Shown one piece after another: positions 40,878-51,453 of a DNA stretch of 64,000 nucleotides. How positions within the stretch are numbered: position 1 is the first letter of the stretch; every line of letters begins with the position of its first letter. The stretch comes from an uncultured Candidatus Rokubacteria bacterium (GTDB taxonomy: Bacteria > Methylomirabilota > Methylomirabilia > Rokubacteriales > DASRDR01): positions 338,024 to 402,023 of the forward strand of contig CAWDVE010000021.1 of NCBI GenBank assembly GCA_963805625.1. Direction: 5' to 3'. The notes below the pieces were generated by a model. That model saw nothing but the letters and a program-made list of their open reading frames with translations. It had not been told where the DNA came from and did not search any database. Both the position numbers and the translations under genes were made by a program.

Positions 40878-41975
40878 TCAGCGCGGCGGGCGCGGCGGGC
40901 GCGGCGGCGCGGCCTCGTCCGGGAAGCGGCCGACCGTCACGGTCAGCTCCTGGGCCTGACCGTCCCGCCAGAGCGAGACCCGCACCGGCGTCCCCACCGG
41001 CGTGATCGAGATGACCCGCTGGAGCTCCCGCGGGCTGGCGATGACCCGGCCGTCCACCTCCAGGATCACGTCCTTGGCCCGGATCCCCGCCTGGGCCGCC
41101 GGCTGTCCCGGCAGGACGCCCTCGATGCCGACGCCGCGCGGTGCCTCGAGCCCGTAGTCCCGGACGTTGTCCTCGGTGATCTCGTCGATGCGCACGCCGA
41201 GCCATCCCCACTCGACCGTGCCCTTGGCGAGGAGCTGCGGGAGGAGCGTCTTGATCAGGTTGATCGGGATGGCGAACCCGATCGAACCGTTGCGCGCGGC
41301 CATGGTGTTGACGCCGACGACCTGCCCACCCATATCGACCAGCGGGCCGCCGGAGTTGCCGGGATTCACGGCCGCGTCGGTCTGGATGAAGTCGAACCCC
41401 GGGGCCGCCGCCTGGAGCGGCGCGCCCTTCCGGCTCACGATCCCGAGCGACACGGTCTGCTCGAGCCCGAACGGGTGCCCGAGCGCGAGCACGAGCTCCC
41501 CGACCGCGAGCCGCTCGGAGTCGCCGAGCGGGAGTACGGGTAGCGCCTCCGACGCGTCCACCTTCACCAGGGCCAGGTCCACGCGCCGGTCCCGCCCGAT
41601 GACGGTCCCTGCAAGGCGCCGCCCCGCGGCCAGCCGCACCTGGACCGATGTCGAGCCCTCGACGACGTGGGCGTTGGTGACGACGTACCCGTCGGGGTGA
41701 ATGACGAACCCCGAGCCGAGCGCCCGTCGTGGGCCCTCTTCGGGGTCCGGCTCCTCGGTTGGCCGCTGGACGCGGATCTGGACCAGCGCCGGCTTCAGCC
41801 GCTCCGCGAGGCGGGTCAGCGCCGTGTTGAGCCGGACGAGCTCCGGCTCCGGCGAGACGCCTGGCCCCTCGCGCCAGAGTTGCGCCGGGGGCGCCCCCGC
41901 CGGCTGAGCCGCGACCGGGCCCGCGAGCGCGAGGCCCGCAACGACGCCGAGGATCCACCGCCCAACCGCCCTCAT
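40878..41975 (-). CDS. HtrA/DegQ serine protease with one PDZ domain
   Basis: GSGFVI...TNAHVV; DLAL; QTDAAVNPGNSGGPL. Confidence 0.93.
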   Translation of the reverse strand: MRAVGRWILGVVAGLALAGPVAAQPAGAPPAQLWREGPGVSPEPELVRLNTALTRLAERLKPALVQIRVQRPTEEPDPEEGPRRALGSGFVIHPDGYVVTNAHVVEGSTSVQVRLAAGRRLAGTVIGRDRRVDLALVKVDASEALPVLPLGDSERLAVGELVLALGHPFGLEQTVSLGIVSRKGAPLQAAAPGFDFIQTDAAVNPGNSGGPLVDMGGQVVGVNTMAARNGSIGFAIPINLIKTLLPQLLAKGTVEWGWLGVRIDEITEDNVRDYGLEAPRGVGIEGVLPGQPAAQAGIRAKDVILEVDGRVIASPRELQRVISITPVGTPVRVSLWRDGQAQELTVTVGRFPDEAAPPRPPRPPR

Positions 41976-42048
41976 GCTCCCCTCCCCGGCTCGCCGCCCT
42001 CCGGCCCGAGCCTCATCACTCTATCCGAGATCGCCGGCGGCGGCACGG

Positions 42049-42591
42049 CTATCGGCCGAGGAGGCCGGCGATGTGCGAGAGCTCGGGCAGGATCAGCCGC
42101 TCGACCGCGAGCCGGCACGCGGCCGGCGAGCCGGGCAAGGAAAAGACCACCCGACCCGCCCGCACCCCCGCCTGGGCGCGGGAGAGCATCGCGGCCGATC
42201 CGATCTCCTGATAGGAGAGCAGCCGGAACAGCTCGCCAAACCCGGGCAGACGCTTCTCCAGCAAGGTGTCGATCGCCTCGAAGGTCTGGTCGCGGGGCGC
42301 GATACCCGTGCCGCCCGTGAAGATCACGGCCTGGACTCCGGGATGGGAGCACGCCTGGTGGATGACCGCGTGCACCTGGCTCGGCTCGTCGCGCACGAGG
42401 TGGTAGCCCACTACCTCGTGGCCGGCGCCGGCGAGGAGCTCGCGAATGAGGCGGCCGCTCGTATCGGTCTCGAGGGTCTTCGAGTCCGAGACCGTGCACA
42501 CCACGCAGCGGACCCGCGTCGGGGCGTGGGCCTTGTGCTCGTCGACGGGCGACCGCCCGGGGGCTCCGGCCGGCGCGCCGGGCTCCGTCAC
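42049..42591 (-). CDS. moaB: Molybdopterin adenylyltransferase MoaB/MogA
   Basis: TVSD; TGGTGIAPRD; LPGFGELFR; LPGSP. Confidence 0.9.
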   Translation of the reverse strand: MTEPGAPAGAPGRSPVDEHKAHAPTRVRCVVCTVSDSKTLETDTSGRLIRELLAGAGHEVVGYHLVRDEPSQVHAVIHQACSHPGVQAVIFTGGTGIAPRDQTFEAIDTLLEKRLPGFGELFRLLSYQEIGSAAMLSRAQAGVRAGRVVFSLPGSPAACRLAVERLILPELSHIAGLLGR

Positions 42592-43943
42592 GGCGGCGAG
42601 CGCTCCGCCGCCGCATACGCCCGGTCCAGGACCTCGACGACGTGGAGCACCTCCACGTCTCGCCCGCGCGCGCGGAGGCCGGCGGCCAGCTGCAGGATGC
42701 AGCCCGGGTTCGCCGTCACCACGGTCGCGGCGCCCGTGGCCTCAACGTGAGCCATCTTGCGATCGAGCAGCCGCTGCGCCATCACGGGCTCGGTCAGATT
42801 GTAGATCCCCGCCGAGCCGCAGCACATCTCGGCCTCGCCGAGCTCGACCAGCTCGAGTCCGGGCACGGCCCGCAAGAGCGCGCGGGGCGCGCTCCGGACC
42901 TGCTGCCCGTGCGCCAGGTGACACGGGTCGTGATACGTCGCGCGGAGCGGGAGCGGCCCGAGCGGCTCCGCCAGCGGCGCGCGCGCGAGGAACTCGGTGA
43001 CGTCCACGACCTTCCGGGCGAAGGCCGCCGCGCGCCCGGCCCATGCCGGATCCCCTCGGAGCAGATGCCCGTAGGCTTTCATGTGTGCCCCGCACCCGGC
43101 GGCGTTGACCACGACGGCCTCGAGCTCCGCGGGCTCGAACGCGGTGATGGTGGCGCGGGCCAGGGCGCGGGCGCGCTCGGGCTCGCCCGCGTGAGCGTGG
43201 AGCGCGCCACAGCAGCCCTGGGCGCGCGGGACCCGCACCTCCACGCTCTGGCGCACGAGGCACCGGATAGTCGCCTCGTTGTGCGGGCGGAACACCGCGT
43301 CCTGCACGCACCCGTGAAGGAGCCCCACCCGCCCCCGCGGCGCCCCGCGCGCCGGGATCGTCTCGGGCAGGGCTCCGCTCCGCCCCGCCGGTGGAAGCGG
43401 CGGCAGAAGCGCCTCTGACGCCGCGAGGGTCGCCGGAAACAGGCGCAGGAGGCCGCTCGCCCGGACGAGGCGCTGGAGCCCGCTCCGCTGGTAGACGCGG
43501 AGCGCGCCCGCGACGAGGCGCAGGAGGGCCGGTCGGGGCAGGAGACCGTCGAACGCAGCGCGCCGCACCAGGCGCCGCGCCGGAGCGCCCGGGCGCCTCG
43601 CCTCGAGCTCGGCGCGGGCCGCCTCGATCAGGTGACCGTAGGGCACCCCCGAGGGACACGCGCTCTCGCACGCCCGGCATCCAAGGCAGAGCGAGAGATG
43701 CTCGGCCGCGGAATCGCCGAGCGCGATCCGGCCGTCGGCGAGCGCCTTGATGAGGTAGATGCGGCCGCGCGGCGAGTCCGGCTCCTGCCCGAGCTCGGCG
43801 TACGTGGGGCAGCTCGGCAGACACAAGCCACAGTGGACGCACTGGAGGAGCTGCCCGTACTCGAGCTCGGCGAGGACGCCCGGCCGCCGGGCCGCGGGCG
43901 GCGGCCCGCCCGGCGGGGTGGAGGTGGTCGTCGCCGTTGTCAT
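42588..43943 (-). CDS. glcF: Glycolate oxidase Fe-S subunit
   Basis: CVHCGLCLPSCP; CLGCRACESACP; two CCG domains. Confidence 0.9.
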   Translation of the reverse strand: MTTATTTSTPPGGPPPAARRPGVLAELEYGQLLQCVHCGLCLPSCPTYAELGQEPDSPRGRIYLIKALADGRIALGDSAAEHLSLCLGCRACESACPSGVPYGHLIEAARAELEARRPGAPARRLVRRAAFDGLLPRPALLRLVAGALRVYQRSGLQRLVRASGLLRLFPATLAASEALLPPLPPAGRSGALPETIPARGAPRGRVGLLHGCVQDAVFRPHNEATIRCLVRQSVEVRVPRAQGCCGALHAHAGEPERARALARATITAFEPAELEAVVVNAAGCGAHMKAYGHLLRGDPAWAGRAAAFARKVVDVTEFLARAPLAEPLGPLPLRATYHDPCHLAHGQQVRSAPRALLRAVPGLELVELGEAEMCCGSAGIYNLTEPVMAQRLLDRKMAHVEATGAATVVTANPGCILQLAAGLRARGRDVEVLHVVEVLDRAYAAAERSPP

Positions 43944-43962
43944 GCGCCGCGCGCCCGGCCCA

Positions 43963-45306
43963 TCAGATCCCGCCCACGAAGCGGCCGGGATTCAGGACGC
44001 CCTGCGGGTCGAGCCGCGCCTTCAGCCCCCGCATGAGATCCACGCCCGGCCCCGGAGGATCCCACACCGGGCACGCCTCGCGCACGCCGAGCGGCGCCCA
44101 CTCGACGGCAAGATGCCCGCCGCGCGCCCGCGCGGCATCGCGCCACGCGGCCAGCACCACGGCCGTGGCGGCGGCTGGGCGGGGGGCGCCGCCAGGGGCG
44201 AGGACGAGCGTCACAAGCCCGTGGCCCGCGTGCGCGACCGTGGCGAGCTCGAACCCTCCCGCCTGGGCGGTCGTCTGGGCCGCCCCGAGGTAGGCCCCGA
44301 CCTCCGCCGGGACCACGCCCACGGTGGCGATCGCCACCGGGCTTGCGAGAAGACGTCGCGTCTCGCGCACGGCCCCGAGCGCGCGCGCCGTCCCGCCGGC
44401 GTCGAGCGCCTCGACGGCGCGCGCCCCGGCCCCACGAAGACGCCGCGCCGCCTCCTCCCTCTCCCACGCGACGGCGCGGGCGAGGCCGTCGAACGCGACC
44501 AGGACGGCGGGGGCGGCGGCGGCCGGGAGGCCGACCACCGGCGCGCAGGCGTCGGCCGCCCGCGCGTCCAGCAGCGTGAGCGCCACCGGTCCGAGCTCCG
44601 AGCCCGCGAGGACCCCCGCCGCGCCCGCCGCCGCGTCGAGGCTGGCGAACGTCGCCCAGCAGGCGCCCTCCGCCTCCGGCCGGGGGCGGAGCTTGAGCGT
44701 CGCGTCCACGATGATGCCGAGCGTGCCGAGGGATCCAATGTAGAGCTTCACGAGATCGTAGCCGGCCACGTTCTTCACGACCTTCCCACCCGCCCGGATC
44801 AGCTGGCCATCGGCCGCCACGACGCGCATCCCGATGACGAGGTCCCGCGCGGTGCCGTACCCGTGCCGCCGGGGCCCGGCGGCGTTGGCCGCCAGGACGC
44901 CCCCGAGCGTTGCCGTTCCGGGCGCCGGGGGATCGAGCGGGAGCCACTGGCCGCCCGTCCCCAGCGCAGCCTGGAGCGCGTCAAGCGTGATCCCGGCCTC
45001 GGCCGTGGCGGTGAGGTCGCCCGGCTCATGCTCGAGGACGCGCCCGAGGCGCCGGAGGCCGACGACGAGCGCGCCGTCCCGCGGCGGGGTGCCCCGGGAC
45101 ATCTGGGTCCCCCCGCCCCACGGGACCACCGGCACCCCCACCGCCGCGGCGGCCCGCACCACCCGCGCCACCTCGTCGGCCGAGCCCGGCAGCACGACCC
45201 CGCACGGGGTGCGCCCGTCCACGACGTACGGCGCGCGATCGGCGCCGCCCAGGCAGTGGGCGGGGCCGACGATCTCGGCGAGACTCCGGAGCAGGGTAGC
45301 GGTCAT
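43963..45306 (-). CDS. glcE: Glycolate oxidase FAD subunit
   Basis: GGKVVKNVAGYDL; GSLGTLG; LNPGR. Confidence 0.88.
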   Translation of the reverse strand: MTATLLRSLAEIVGPAHCLGGADRAPYVVDGRTPCGVVLPGSADEVARVVRAAAAVGVPVVPWGGGTQMSRGTPPRDGALVVGLRRLGRVLEHEPGDLTATAEAGITLDALQAALGTGGQWLPLDPPAPGTATLGGVLAANAAGPRRHGYGTARDLVIGMRVVAADGQLIRAGGKVVKNVAGYDLVKLYIGSLGTLGIIVDATLKLRPRPEAEGACWATFASLDAAAGAAGVLAGSELGPVALTLLDARAADACAPVVGLPAAAAPAVLVAFDGLARAVAWEREEAARRLRGAGARAVEALDAGGTARALGAVRETRRLLASPVAIATVGVVPAEVGAYLGAAQTTAQAGGFELATVAHAGHGLVTLVLAPGGAPRPAAATAVVLAAWRDAARARGGHLAVEWAPLGVREACPVWDPPGPGVDLMRGLKARLDPQGVLNPGRFVGGI

Positions 45307-45332
45307 GCGAGCCGGCGCACCCGGGGCGCGCC

Positions 45333-46805
45333 CTACAGGCGCTGGATCAGCCCGCTCGCCTCGAGCGGATGCGGCTGGTAGGCGATCTCCCCGGGGGCGC
45401 AGGACTTGCGCGTCGGGAAGACCTTGCCGGGGTTGCACCGCCCGGTGGGATTGAACACGGCCTTGATCGCGGCCATCGTGGCGAGATCGGCCTCGGAGAA
45501 GATCCACGGCATGAAGTCGCGCTTCTCGAGGCCGATGCCGTGCTCGCCCGAGATCGTGCCCCCCACGTCCACACAGGCCCGCATGATCTCGGCGCCCGCG
45601 GCCAGCACCCGCGCCTCCTCGCCCGGCTTCTGCGGGTCGTAGAGGATGTTCGGGTGGAGGTTACCGTCGCCCGCGTGAAAGACGTTCCCGACCCGGAGCG
45701 CGTGAGCCGTGACGATCCGCTCGATGTGGCGCAGGACCTCGGGGAGCCGCGTCCGCGGGATCACGCCGTCCATCACCATGTACGCGGGCGCGATCCGCCC
45801 GTAGGCGCCGAAGGCGTGCTTGCGCCCCTTCCACAGAAGCTGACGCTCGGATTCGTTCTGGGCGAGCCGAACCTCCCGCGCGCCGCTCTCGCGGCAGGCG
45901 GCGGCCACGCGCGCGGCCTCCTCGTCGAGCCCGGCGTCGAGCCCGTCCAGTTCGATGAGGAGCGCCGCCGCCGCATCGCGGGGGTAGCCGGCACCGAACG
46001 CGTCCTCGACGGCCTGGATGGTGAGCTGGTCGATCATCTCGATCGCGGCAGGGGTGAGCCCGCGCGCGGTGATCGCCGCCACGGTCTGCGACGCCTGGTC
46101 GAGCTGGTCGAACACCGCGAGCAGCGTGCGGACCGCGGGGGGGCGGCGCACGATCCGCACGACGACCTTCGTGACGATCCCGAACGTCCCCTCCGAGCCC
46201 ACGAAGAGGCCGACGAGATCGTAACCCTGGGGGTCCCGGACCTTGCCCCCGAGCCAGACGACCTCGCCGTCGGGCAGCACGACCTCGAGCCCGAGCACGT
46301 GGTTCGTCGTGACCCCGTACTTGAGCGTGTGCGGGCCGCCCGAGTTGTTGGCGACGTTGCCGCCGATCGTGCAGGCGAGCTGGCTCGAGGGGTCCGGCGC
46401 GTAGTAGAACCCCCGGGGCGCGAGCGCCTGCGACAGGTGGAGGTTCACCAGGCCCGGCTCCACGACGGCGAGCTGGTTCGCGTAGTCGACCTCGAGGATC
46501 CGCGCCATGCGGGTGAGCGCGATCACGAGGCCGCCCTCGCTCGGCAGGCACCCGCCGGCGAGGCCGGTCCCCGCTCCGCGCGCGACGAACGGCAGGCCCT
46601 CCGCGTTCGCGAGCCGGACGCAGGCGGCGACCTCCGCGGTGGAGCGCGGGAAGACGACGGCGTCGGCGGTGGCGCGGAAGATCGTGAGCCCGTCCGACTC
46701 GTAGACGAGCAGCTCCTCGGGCTCCGTCAGGACGCCATCGGGGCCGGCGATGGCCTGGAGCGCCGAGCGCAGCCGCGCCCGGTCGAGCCCGGGGCGTGAC
46801 GACAT
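45333..46805 (-). CDS. glcD: Glycolate oxidase subunit
   Basis: RGAGTGLAGG; PDPSS; HAGDGNLHP; SGEHGIG. Confidence 0.9.
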   Translation of the reverse strand: MSSRPGLDRARLRSALQAIAGPDGVLTEPEELLVYESDGLTIFRATADAVVFPRSTAEVAACVRLANAEGLPFVARGAGTGLAGGCLPSEGGLVIALTRMARILEVDYANQLAVVEPGLVNLHLSQALAPRGFYYAPDPSSQLACTIGGNVANNSGGPHTLKYGVTTNHVLGLEVVLPDGEVVWLGGKVRDPQGYDLVGLFVGSEGTFGIVTKVVVRIVRRPPAVRTLLAVFDQLDQASQTVAAITARGLTPAAIEMIDQLTIQAVEDAFGAGYPRDAAAALLIELDGLDAGLDEEAARVAAACRESGAREVRLAQNESERQLLWKGRKHAFGAYGRIAPAYMVMDGVIPRTRLPEVLRHIERIVTAHALRVGNVFHAGDGNLHPNILYDPQKPGEEARVLAAGAEIMRACVDVGGTISGEHGIGLEKRDFMPWIFSEADLATMAAIKAVFNPTGRCNPGKVFPTRKSCAPGEIAYQPHPLEASGLIQRL

Positions 46806-46891
46806 CGACACCTCCTCGCGAGGGACTCCCTGCGGTGGGTCGGAGTATAGCACGCGGGGCCCGGGGCGCGGCGAGGACGCCGTCCCCGCGC

Positions 46892-47347
46892 TCAGATGAG
46901 CTTCATGACGGTCTGCCCCTCGAGGACGGTCTCGCCGCGCTGGTTCGACGTGCGCGCCCGGAACACGAGCTCCCGCCGCTCGGGCCGCGTCTCGGCGAGC
47001 GTGAGGGCCGTGGTCACCGTGTCCCCGATCCGGACGGGGGCGACGAACTTCACCTCGTAGCGCGAGGAGACGCCGCCCGGCGGCGGCAGGAGCGCGGTCA
47101 TCCGGGCCATCACCGTGGAGACGAAGCCCACGAGTAGCGCGCCGTGGGCGATGCGCCCACCAAACCGCGTGCCCTTGCAGAACTCCTCGTCGACGTGCAC
47201 CCCCGAGAAGTCGCCGGTGATCCCGGCGAACAGGTAGACATCGGACTCGCCCACGGTCTTGCGGACGGACTCCGTGTGCCCGAGCGGAATCGCCTGGAGG
47301 GCGGGGCCCCAGTCGCGCGGGGCTGTTTCACCAGTCGCGGTCGCCAA
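46892..47347 (-). CDS. MaoC-family dehydratase
   Basis: FAGITGDFSGVHVD...RIAHG; FVAPVRIGD. Confidence 0.85.
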   Translation of the reverse strand: MATATGETAPRDWGPALQAIPLGHTESVRKTVGESDVYLFAGITGDFSGVHVDEEFCKGTRFGGRIAHGALLVGFVSTVMARMTALLPPPGGVSSRYEVKFVAPVRIGDTVTTALTLAETRPERRELVFRARTSNQRGETVLEGQTVMKLI

Positions 47348-48110
47348 CGCCCCACCCGCCGTCGATGTAGATGGTCTGCCCGGTGATGTATGCCGCCAGG
47401 TCCGACGCGAGGAAGGCGACCGCGCCCGCCATATCGTCCGGCCGGCCCAGCCGCCCGAGCGGGATCTTGCGGGTCATCGTCTCCTCCTTCCCAGGGTTGG
47501 CGTCGAGGAAGGGCCGCACGAGCGGCGTCACCGTGATCCCGGGCCCGACGGCGTTCACGGTAATCCCGTGCGGGCCCCACTCGAGCGCGAGACACCGTGT
47601 GAGCTGCGCCACCGCGCCCTTCGTCGCGCAGTAGGCGGCCCGGTTGACGAGCCCGAACTCGGCCCCGATGGAGGTGATGTTGACGATGCGGCCGCGCCCG
47701 GCCCGCCGCATGACGGGCGCCACCGCGCGGCAGGCCCACGCGGTGCCCTTCAAGTTCAACTCGATCATGTACTCCCAGTCGGCCTCCGCCTGCTCGAGGG
47801 CCGGGGCGCGCTTCGCCGTGCCCGCGCAGTTGACCAGGATGTCGACGGTCCCGTGGCGCGCGACGACCGTCTCGATCATCCGGTCGACCTCGGCCTTCTT
47901 CGCGACGTCCGCCGCGAGGGTCGTGACCTCGCCGTCCCGGGCCGGCCCCGCCGGGCTTGCGGACGCGGATCGGCTGACGGCGACGACGCGGGCGCCGGCG
48001 GCGGCGAGGTGACGCACGATCGCCTCGCCGATGCCCTTGGTGCCGCCCGTGACGACAGCGACGCGGCCGGAGAGATCGAGCAGGTTCTTCGTGGGGGTCA
48101 GTGCGCTCAC
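47328..48110 (-). CDS. SDR oxidoreductase
   Basis: TGGTKGIG; NCAG; YCATK. Confidence 0.9.
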   Translation of the reverse strand: MSALTPTKNLLDLSGRVAVVTGGTKGIGEAIVRHLAAAGARVVAVSRSASASPAGPARDGEVTTLAADVAKKAEVDRMIETVVARHGTVDILVNCAGTAKRAPALEQAEADWEYMIELNLKGTAWACRAVAPVMRRAGRGRIVNITSIGAEFGLVNRAAYCATKGAVAQLTRCLALEWGPHGITVNAVGPGITVTPLVRPFLDANPGKEETMTRKIPLGRLGRPDDMAGAVAFLASDLAAYITGQTIYIDGGWGVGDRDW

Positions 48111-48170
48111 TGGACTGTCCTCGCTTTCACGGTCTTCGGCTGTGCCGGCTGATGGCGCCCGAGGGGCCGG

Positions 48171-49310
48171 TCACTTCAAGAGCTGGCGGCTGATCACGAC
48201 GCGCTGGATCTGGCTCGTGCCCTCCCAGATCTGGTACACGCGGACGTCTCGGTAGAGGCGTTCGAGCGGGAACTCGGTCGAGTAGCCCGCGGCGCCGTGG
48301 ATCTGAAGCGCGTCGGTCACGACCCGCTGGGCGACCTCGGAGGCGACCAGCTTGGCCTCCGCCGCCTCGCGGATGATGGGCCGCCCCTGGTCCTTCAGGA
48401 AGGCGGCCTTACGGAGGAGGAGCCGCGCGCCCTCGATGGCCGCCGACATGTCGGCCAGCAGGAACTGGATCGCCTGGAAGCCTGCGAGCGGCTGGCCGAA
48501 GGCCGAGCGCTCCTTCGCGTAGCGGAGGGCCGCCTCCATGGCCGCCTGGGCGATGCCGAGCGCCTGGGCGCCAATCCCGATGCGTCCGGCGTCGAGGGAG
48601 ATCATCGCGCGCCGAAAGCCGGCGCCCGGCGGGACCAGGAGGGCGCTCGCCGGCACCCGACAGTCGTCGAAGACGAGTTCGCCCGTTGCGAGGCCGCGCA
48701 TCCCGAGGAGGTGCTCCTTGCCCCCGCGCGAGAAACCGGGCGCGCCCATCTCCACGAGGAACAGCGCAATCGCCTCCCGCCCCTTCGTCCGATCGGTCGT
48801 GGCGACTACCACGGCCAGATCGCACAGGAGGGCCTCCGTGATGAAGCGCTTCGTGCCGTTCAGCACCCAGCCGCCGTCGGCGGTCCGCGTGGCCGTCGTC
48901 TGCACCCCCGCGACGTCGGAGCCGGTGCCGGGCTCGGTCTGGGCAATGCAGCAGATCTTCTCGCCCCGCACCATCGCCGGAAGGTGGCGGCGCTTCTGCT
49001 CCTCCGACGCGTTGTTCAGGAGCATGTCGCACATGAGCTTGCAGAGGAGCTGCGCGTCCGCCACGACGGCCGATCCGCGGGCGAGCTCTTCCTGGGCGAC
49101 GCACCAGCTGACGACGTCGGCGCCCGAGCCGCCGTACTCCAGCGGCACCGTCATCCCGAGGAGGTCGAGCTCGGCCATGCGCTTGTAGAGATCCCAGGGA
49201 AACTCGTCCGTGCGGTCGATCTCGACCGCACGGGGACGGATCTCGCGCGCGACGAAGTCGCGGCACAGGTCGCGGATCTGGCGCTGGGGCTCGCTGAGGT
49301 CGAAGTTCAT
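48171..49310 (-). CDS. Acyl-CoA dehydrogenase
   Basis: TEPGTGSD; LNGTKRFIT; FQAIQF; IWEGTSQIQ. Confidence 0.92.
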   Translation of the reverse strand: MNFDLSEPQRQIRDLCRDFVAREIRPRAVEIDRTDEFPWDLYKRMAELDLLGMTVPLEYGGSGADVVSWCVAQEELARGSAVVADAQLLCKLMCDMLLNNASEEQKRRHLPAMVRGEKICCIAQTEPGTGSDVAGVQTTATRTADGGWVLNGTKRFITEALLCDLAVVVATTDRTKGREAIALFLVEMGAPGFSRGGKEHLLGMRGLATGELVFDDCRVPASALLVPPGAGFRRAMISLDAGRIGIGAQALGIAQAAMEAALRYAKERSAFGQPLAGFQAIQFLLADMSAAIEGARLLLRKAAFLKDQGRPIIREAAEAKLVASEVAQRVVTDALQIHGAAGYSTEFPLERLYRDVRVYQIWEGTSQIQRVVISRQLLK

Positions 49311-49326
49311 GGCACCGTCCAGGGGC

Positions 49327-50904
49327 TCAGGTTGAGGCGCGGCCGCGCCGGAGCGGGCGCCCGGCGAGCACGCCAGTGTGGCGCCCCTGGTCCACGACGA
49401 CCCGCCCGTTCACGATCACCTGCTCGATGCCGATCGGGAACTGCTTCGGCTCGCGCCGCGTGGCCGGCGCCTTCACGGTCTGGGCGTCGAAGACGACGAC
49501 GTCGGCCTTGAACCCGTCCCGGAGGAGCCCGCGGTCGGGCAGGCCCAGGCGCTGCGCGGGGAACGACGTCATCTTGCGGATGGCGTCCGGCAATCCGAGC
49601 CAGCGCTCCTCGCGGACGAATTCGGCCAGGATCACCGGGAAGGCGCCGTACGTCCGCGGGCTCGGATAGTCCCCGATCAGGACCGCGTCGCTGCCGACCA
49701 TGTAGAGCGGGTGGCTCACGAAGCGCGGCATGGTCGCCATGTTCGCCCCGGCGGACACGAAGGAGACTTGCTGGTCCTCCAGCAGGAGCAGCTCGCAGAT
49801 CGCGTCCACGACGTCGAGTCCCATGAGCTCCGCGACCTCGGCGAGGGAGCGCCCCTCGAAGCGGTGGTGCTCCGGGCGCTTGAAGTGCGTCACCCACATG
49901 TCGTGCCACGACGCCGCCCGCGGCCCCATCTCCTTCTTCATCCGGGCGCGCGCCGCGGGGTCGCCGAGATTCCGCCGCAGCGCGGCCAGGCCGCCGTCGA
50001 ACGCCCACTGCGGGATCACTATGTTCAGCCGCGTCGAGCTGTAGGCGTAGGGATAGCCGTCGAAGGTGACGTCAAGCCCCCCCTCACGCGCGTCCTCCAC
50101 CAGGGCCAGCATCCGCGCCGCGCCGCCGGGCGCCGTCGTCCGCTGGTAGAAGTGCGTGATGTGCGCGGGGATGCGGCCCCGGCGGCCGATCTCGAGCGCC
50201 TCCCGGAAGGGGTCGAGGAAGCGATCGCCTAGGCTGTAGCGGACGTGCGTGTGATAGATGCCGCCGAGCCGGCTCGCCTCCTCGGAAAGCCCGACGAGCT
50301 CGTCGGTGTCGGCATAGCTCCCGGGCGGGTAGTCGAGCCCGGTCGACATGCCCCAGGCTCCTTCCTCCATCGCCGTCCGGAGGAGCGCGCGCTGGTTCGA
50401 GAGCTCGGCCGGCCGCGCGGCGCGATCCGCCCAGCCGACGGCGCCGATCCGGAGCGGGGAGTTCCCGACCAGGTAGACGATGTTGACCGCTACCCGGTTG
50501 GTGAAGAGGTCGAGGTACTGCTCGACCGTCGCCCACCGGCCGGGCAAGGGCGGGCAGCCGTCGAGCCCCGCGTTGATCTCGATGAACGCCTCGAGGTCGG
50601 CGTGGGAATGGAACGGCGCGTAGGAGCAGCCGTCGATGCCGATGACCTCGGTCGTGACGCCCTGCCGGACCTTGGGCTCGTGCCGCGGCTCGGCGAGGAT
50701 GACCAGGCCGGAATGGGCGTGCATGTCGATGAAGCCGGGGCAGACGACCCGCCCCGTCGCGTCGAGCGTGCGGTGGGCCTGGACGCCGTCGCGGGCGCCC
50801 CGGAACAGCCGCACCCGCTCTCCTTCGATCCCGACCGCGCCGTAGTAGCCCGGGTTGCCGGAACCGTCGATGACGAGACCGCCCGCGATCAGGATGTCGA
50901 GCAT
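49327..50904 (-). CDS. D-aminoacylase family amidohydrolase
   Basis: PGFIDMHAHS; QGVTT; STGLDYPPG; GSD; PRTYGAFP. Confidence 0.9.
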   Translation of the reverse strand: MLDILIAGGLVIDGSGNPGYYGAVGIEGERVRLFRGARDGVQAHRTLDATGRVVCPGFIDMHAHSGLVILAEPRHEPKVRQGVTTEVIGIDGCSYAPFHSHADLEAFIEINAGLDGCPPLPGRWATVEQYLDLFTNRVAVNIVYLVGNSPLRIGAVGWADRAARPAELSNQRALLRTAMEEGAWGMSTGLDYPPGSYADTDELVGLSEEASRLGGIYHTHVRYSLGDRFLDPFREALEIGRRGRIPAHITHFYQRTTAPGGAARMLALVEDAREGGLDVTFDGYPYAYSSTRLNIVIPQWAFDGGLAALRRNLGDPAARARMKKEMGPRAASWHDMWVTHFKRPEHHRFEGRSLAEVAELMGLDVVDAICELLLLEDQQVSFVSAGANMATMPRFVSHPLYMVGSDAVLIGDYPSPRTYGAFPVILAEFVREERWLGLPDAIRKMTSFPAQRLGLPDRGLLRDGFKADVVVFDAQTVKAPATRREPKQFPIGIEQVIVNGRVVVDQGRHTGVLAGRPLRRGRAST

Positions 50905-50929
50905 GCTGGGCCGTCCGGCCGGCAGTCTA

Positions 50930-51250
50930 TCACGGGGTCCCGGAGGGCGGCGGCGGCGCGTGCCGCGGACCCCGGCCTTTCCACCGGCGCCTGAGCCACA
51001 CCCACCCGCGCCGGCCCGCCAGGTAGAGCCCGGTGCTGAACACGGCCCACGACAGGCCCGCGGCCACGAGCGTGAGCTCGACCCGAGCGCGCTCGGTCAC
51101 CGGCCAGAGCACGAGGATGGGGTACGCCGGGTAGACGAGGAAGCTCCCGGCCATCAGCAGCACGCCGGTCATGAATCCGCGACGCCCCCGGTGCGCCAGC
51201 ACCGGCTCGCCGTGACCGTGGTGGCGGTGGTGCGCGCGCTCCGTGCTCAC
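50930..51250 (-). CDS. Small two-TM membrane protein with His-rich N-terminus
   Basis: HHRHHGHG followed by two hydrophobic helices; start uncertain. Confidence 0.5.
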   Translation of the reverse strand: MSTERAHHRHHGHGEPVLAHRGRRGFMTGVLLMAGSFLVYPAYPILVLWPVTERARVELTLVAAGLSWAVFSTGLYLAGRRGWVWLRRRWKGRGPRHAPPPPSGTP

Positions 51251-51453
51251 GGAGCGCCCCGGACCGCACGGGGACTCAGGAGACGGGCGGGGCCGCCGGG
51301 CTGGCGCGGCCCTCGCCGCCAGGGCGCCGGCCCGGCGGAGGCGGGGGACCCCGCGCCCGAGACGCCGCCGCCGAGCCCCCGCGCGTGGTCCACCGAGGCG
51401 GCATGGTAGCATGCGCCCGCACAGCCCACGCCGGCGGAAAGCGAGGCCCCTCG

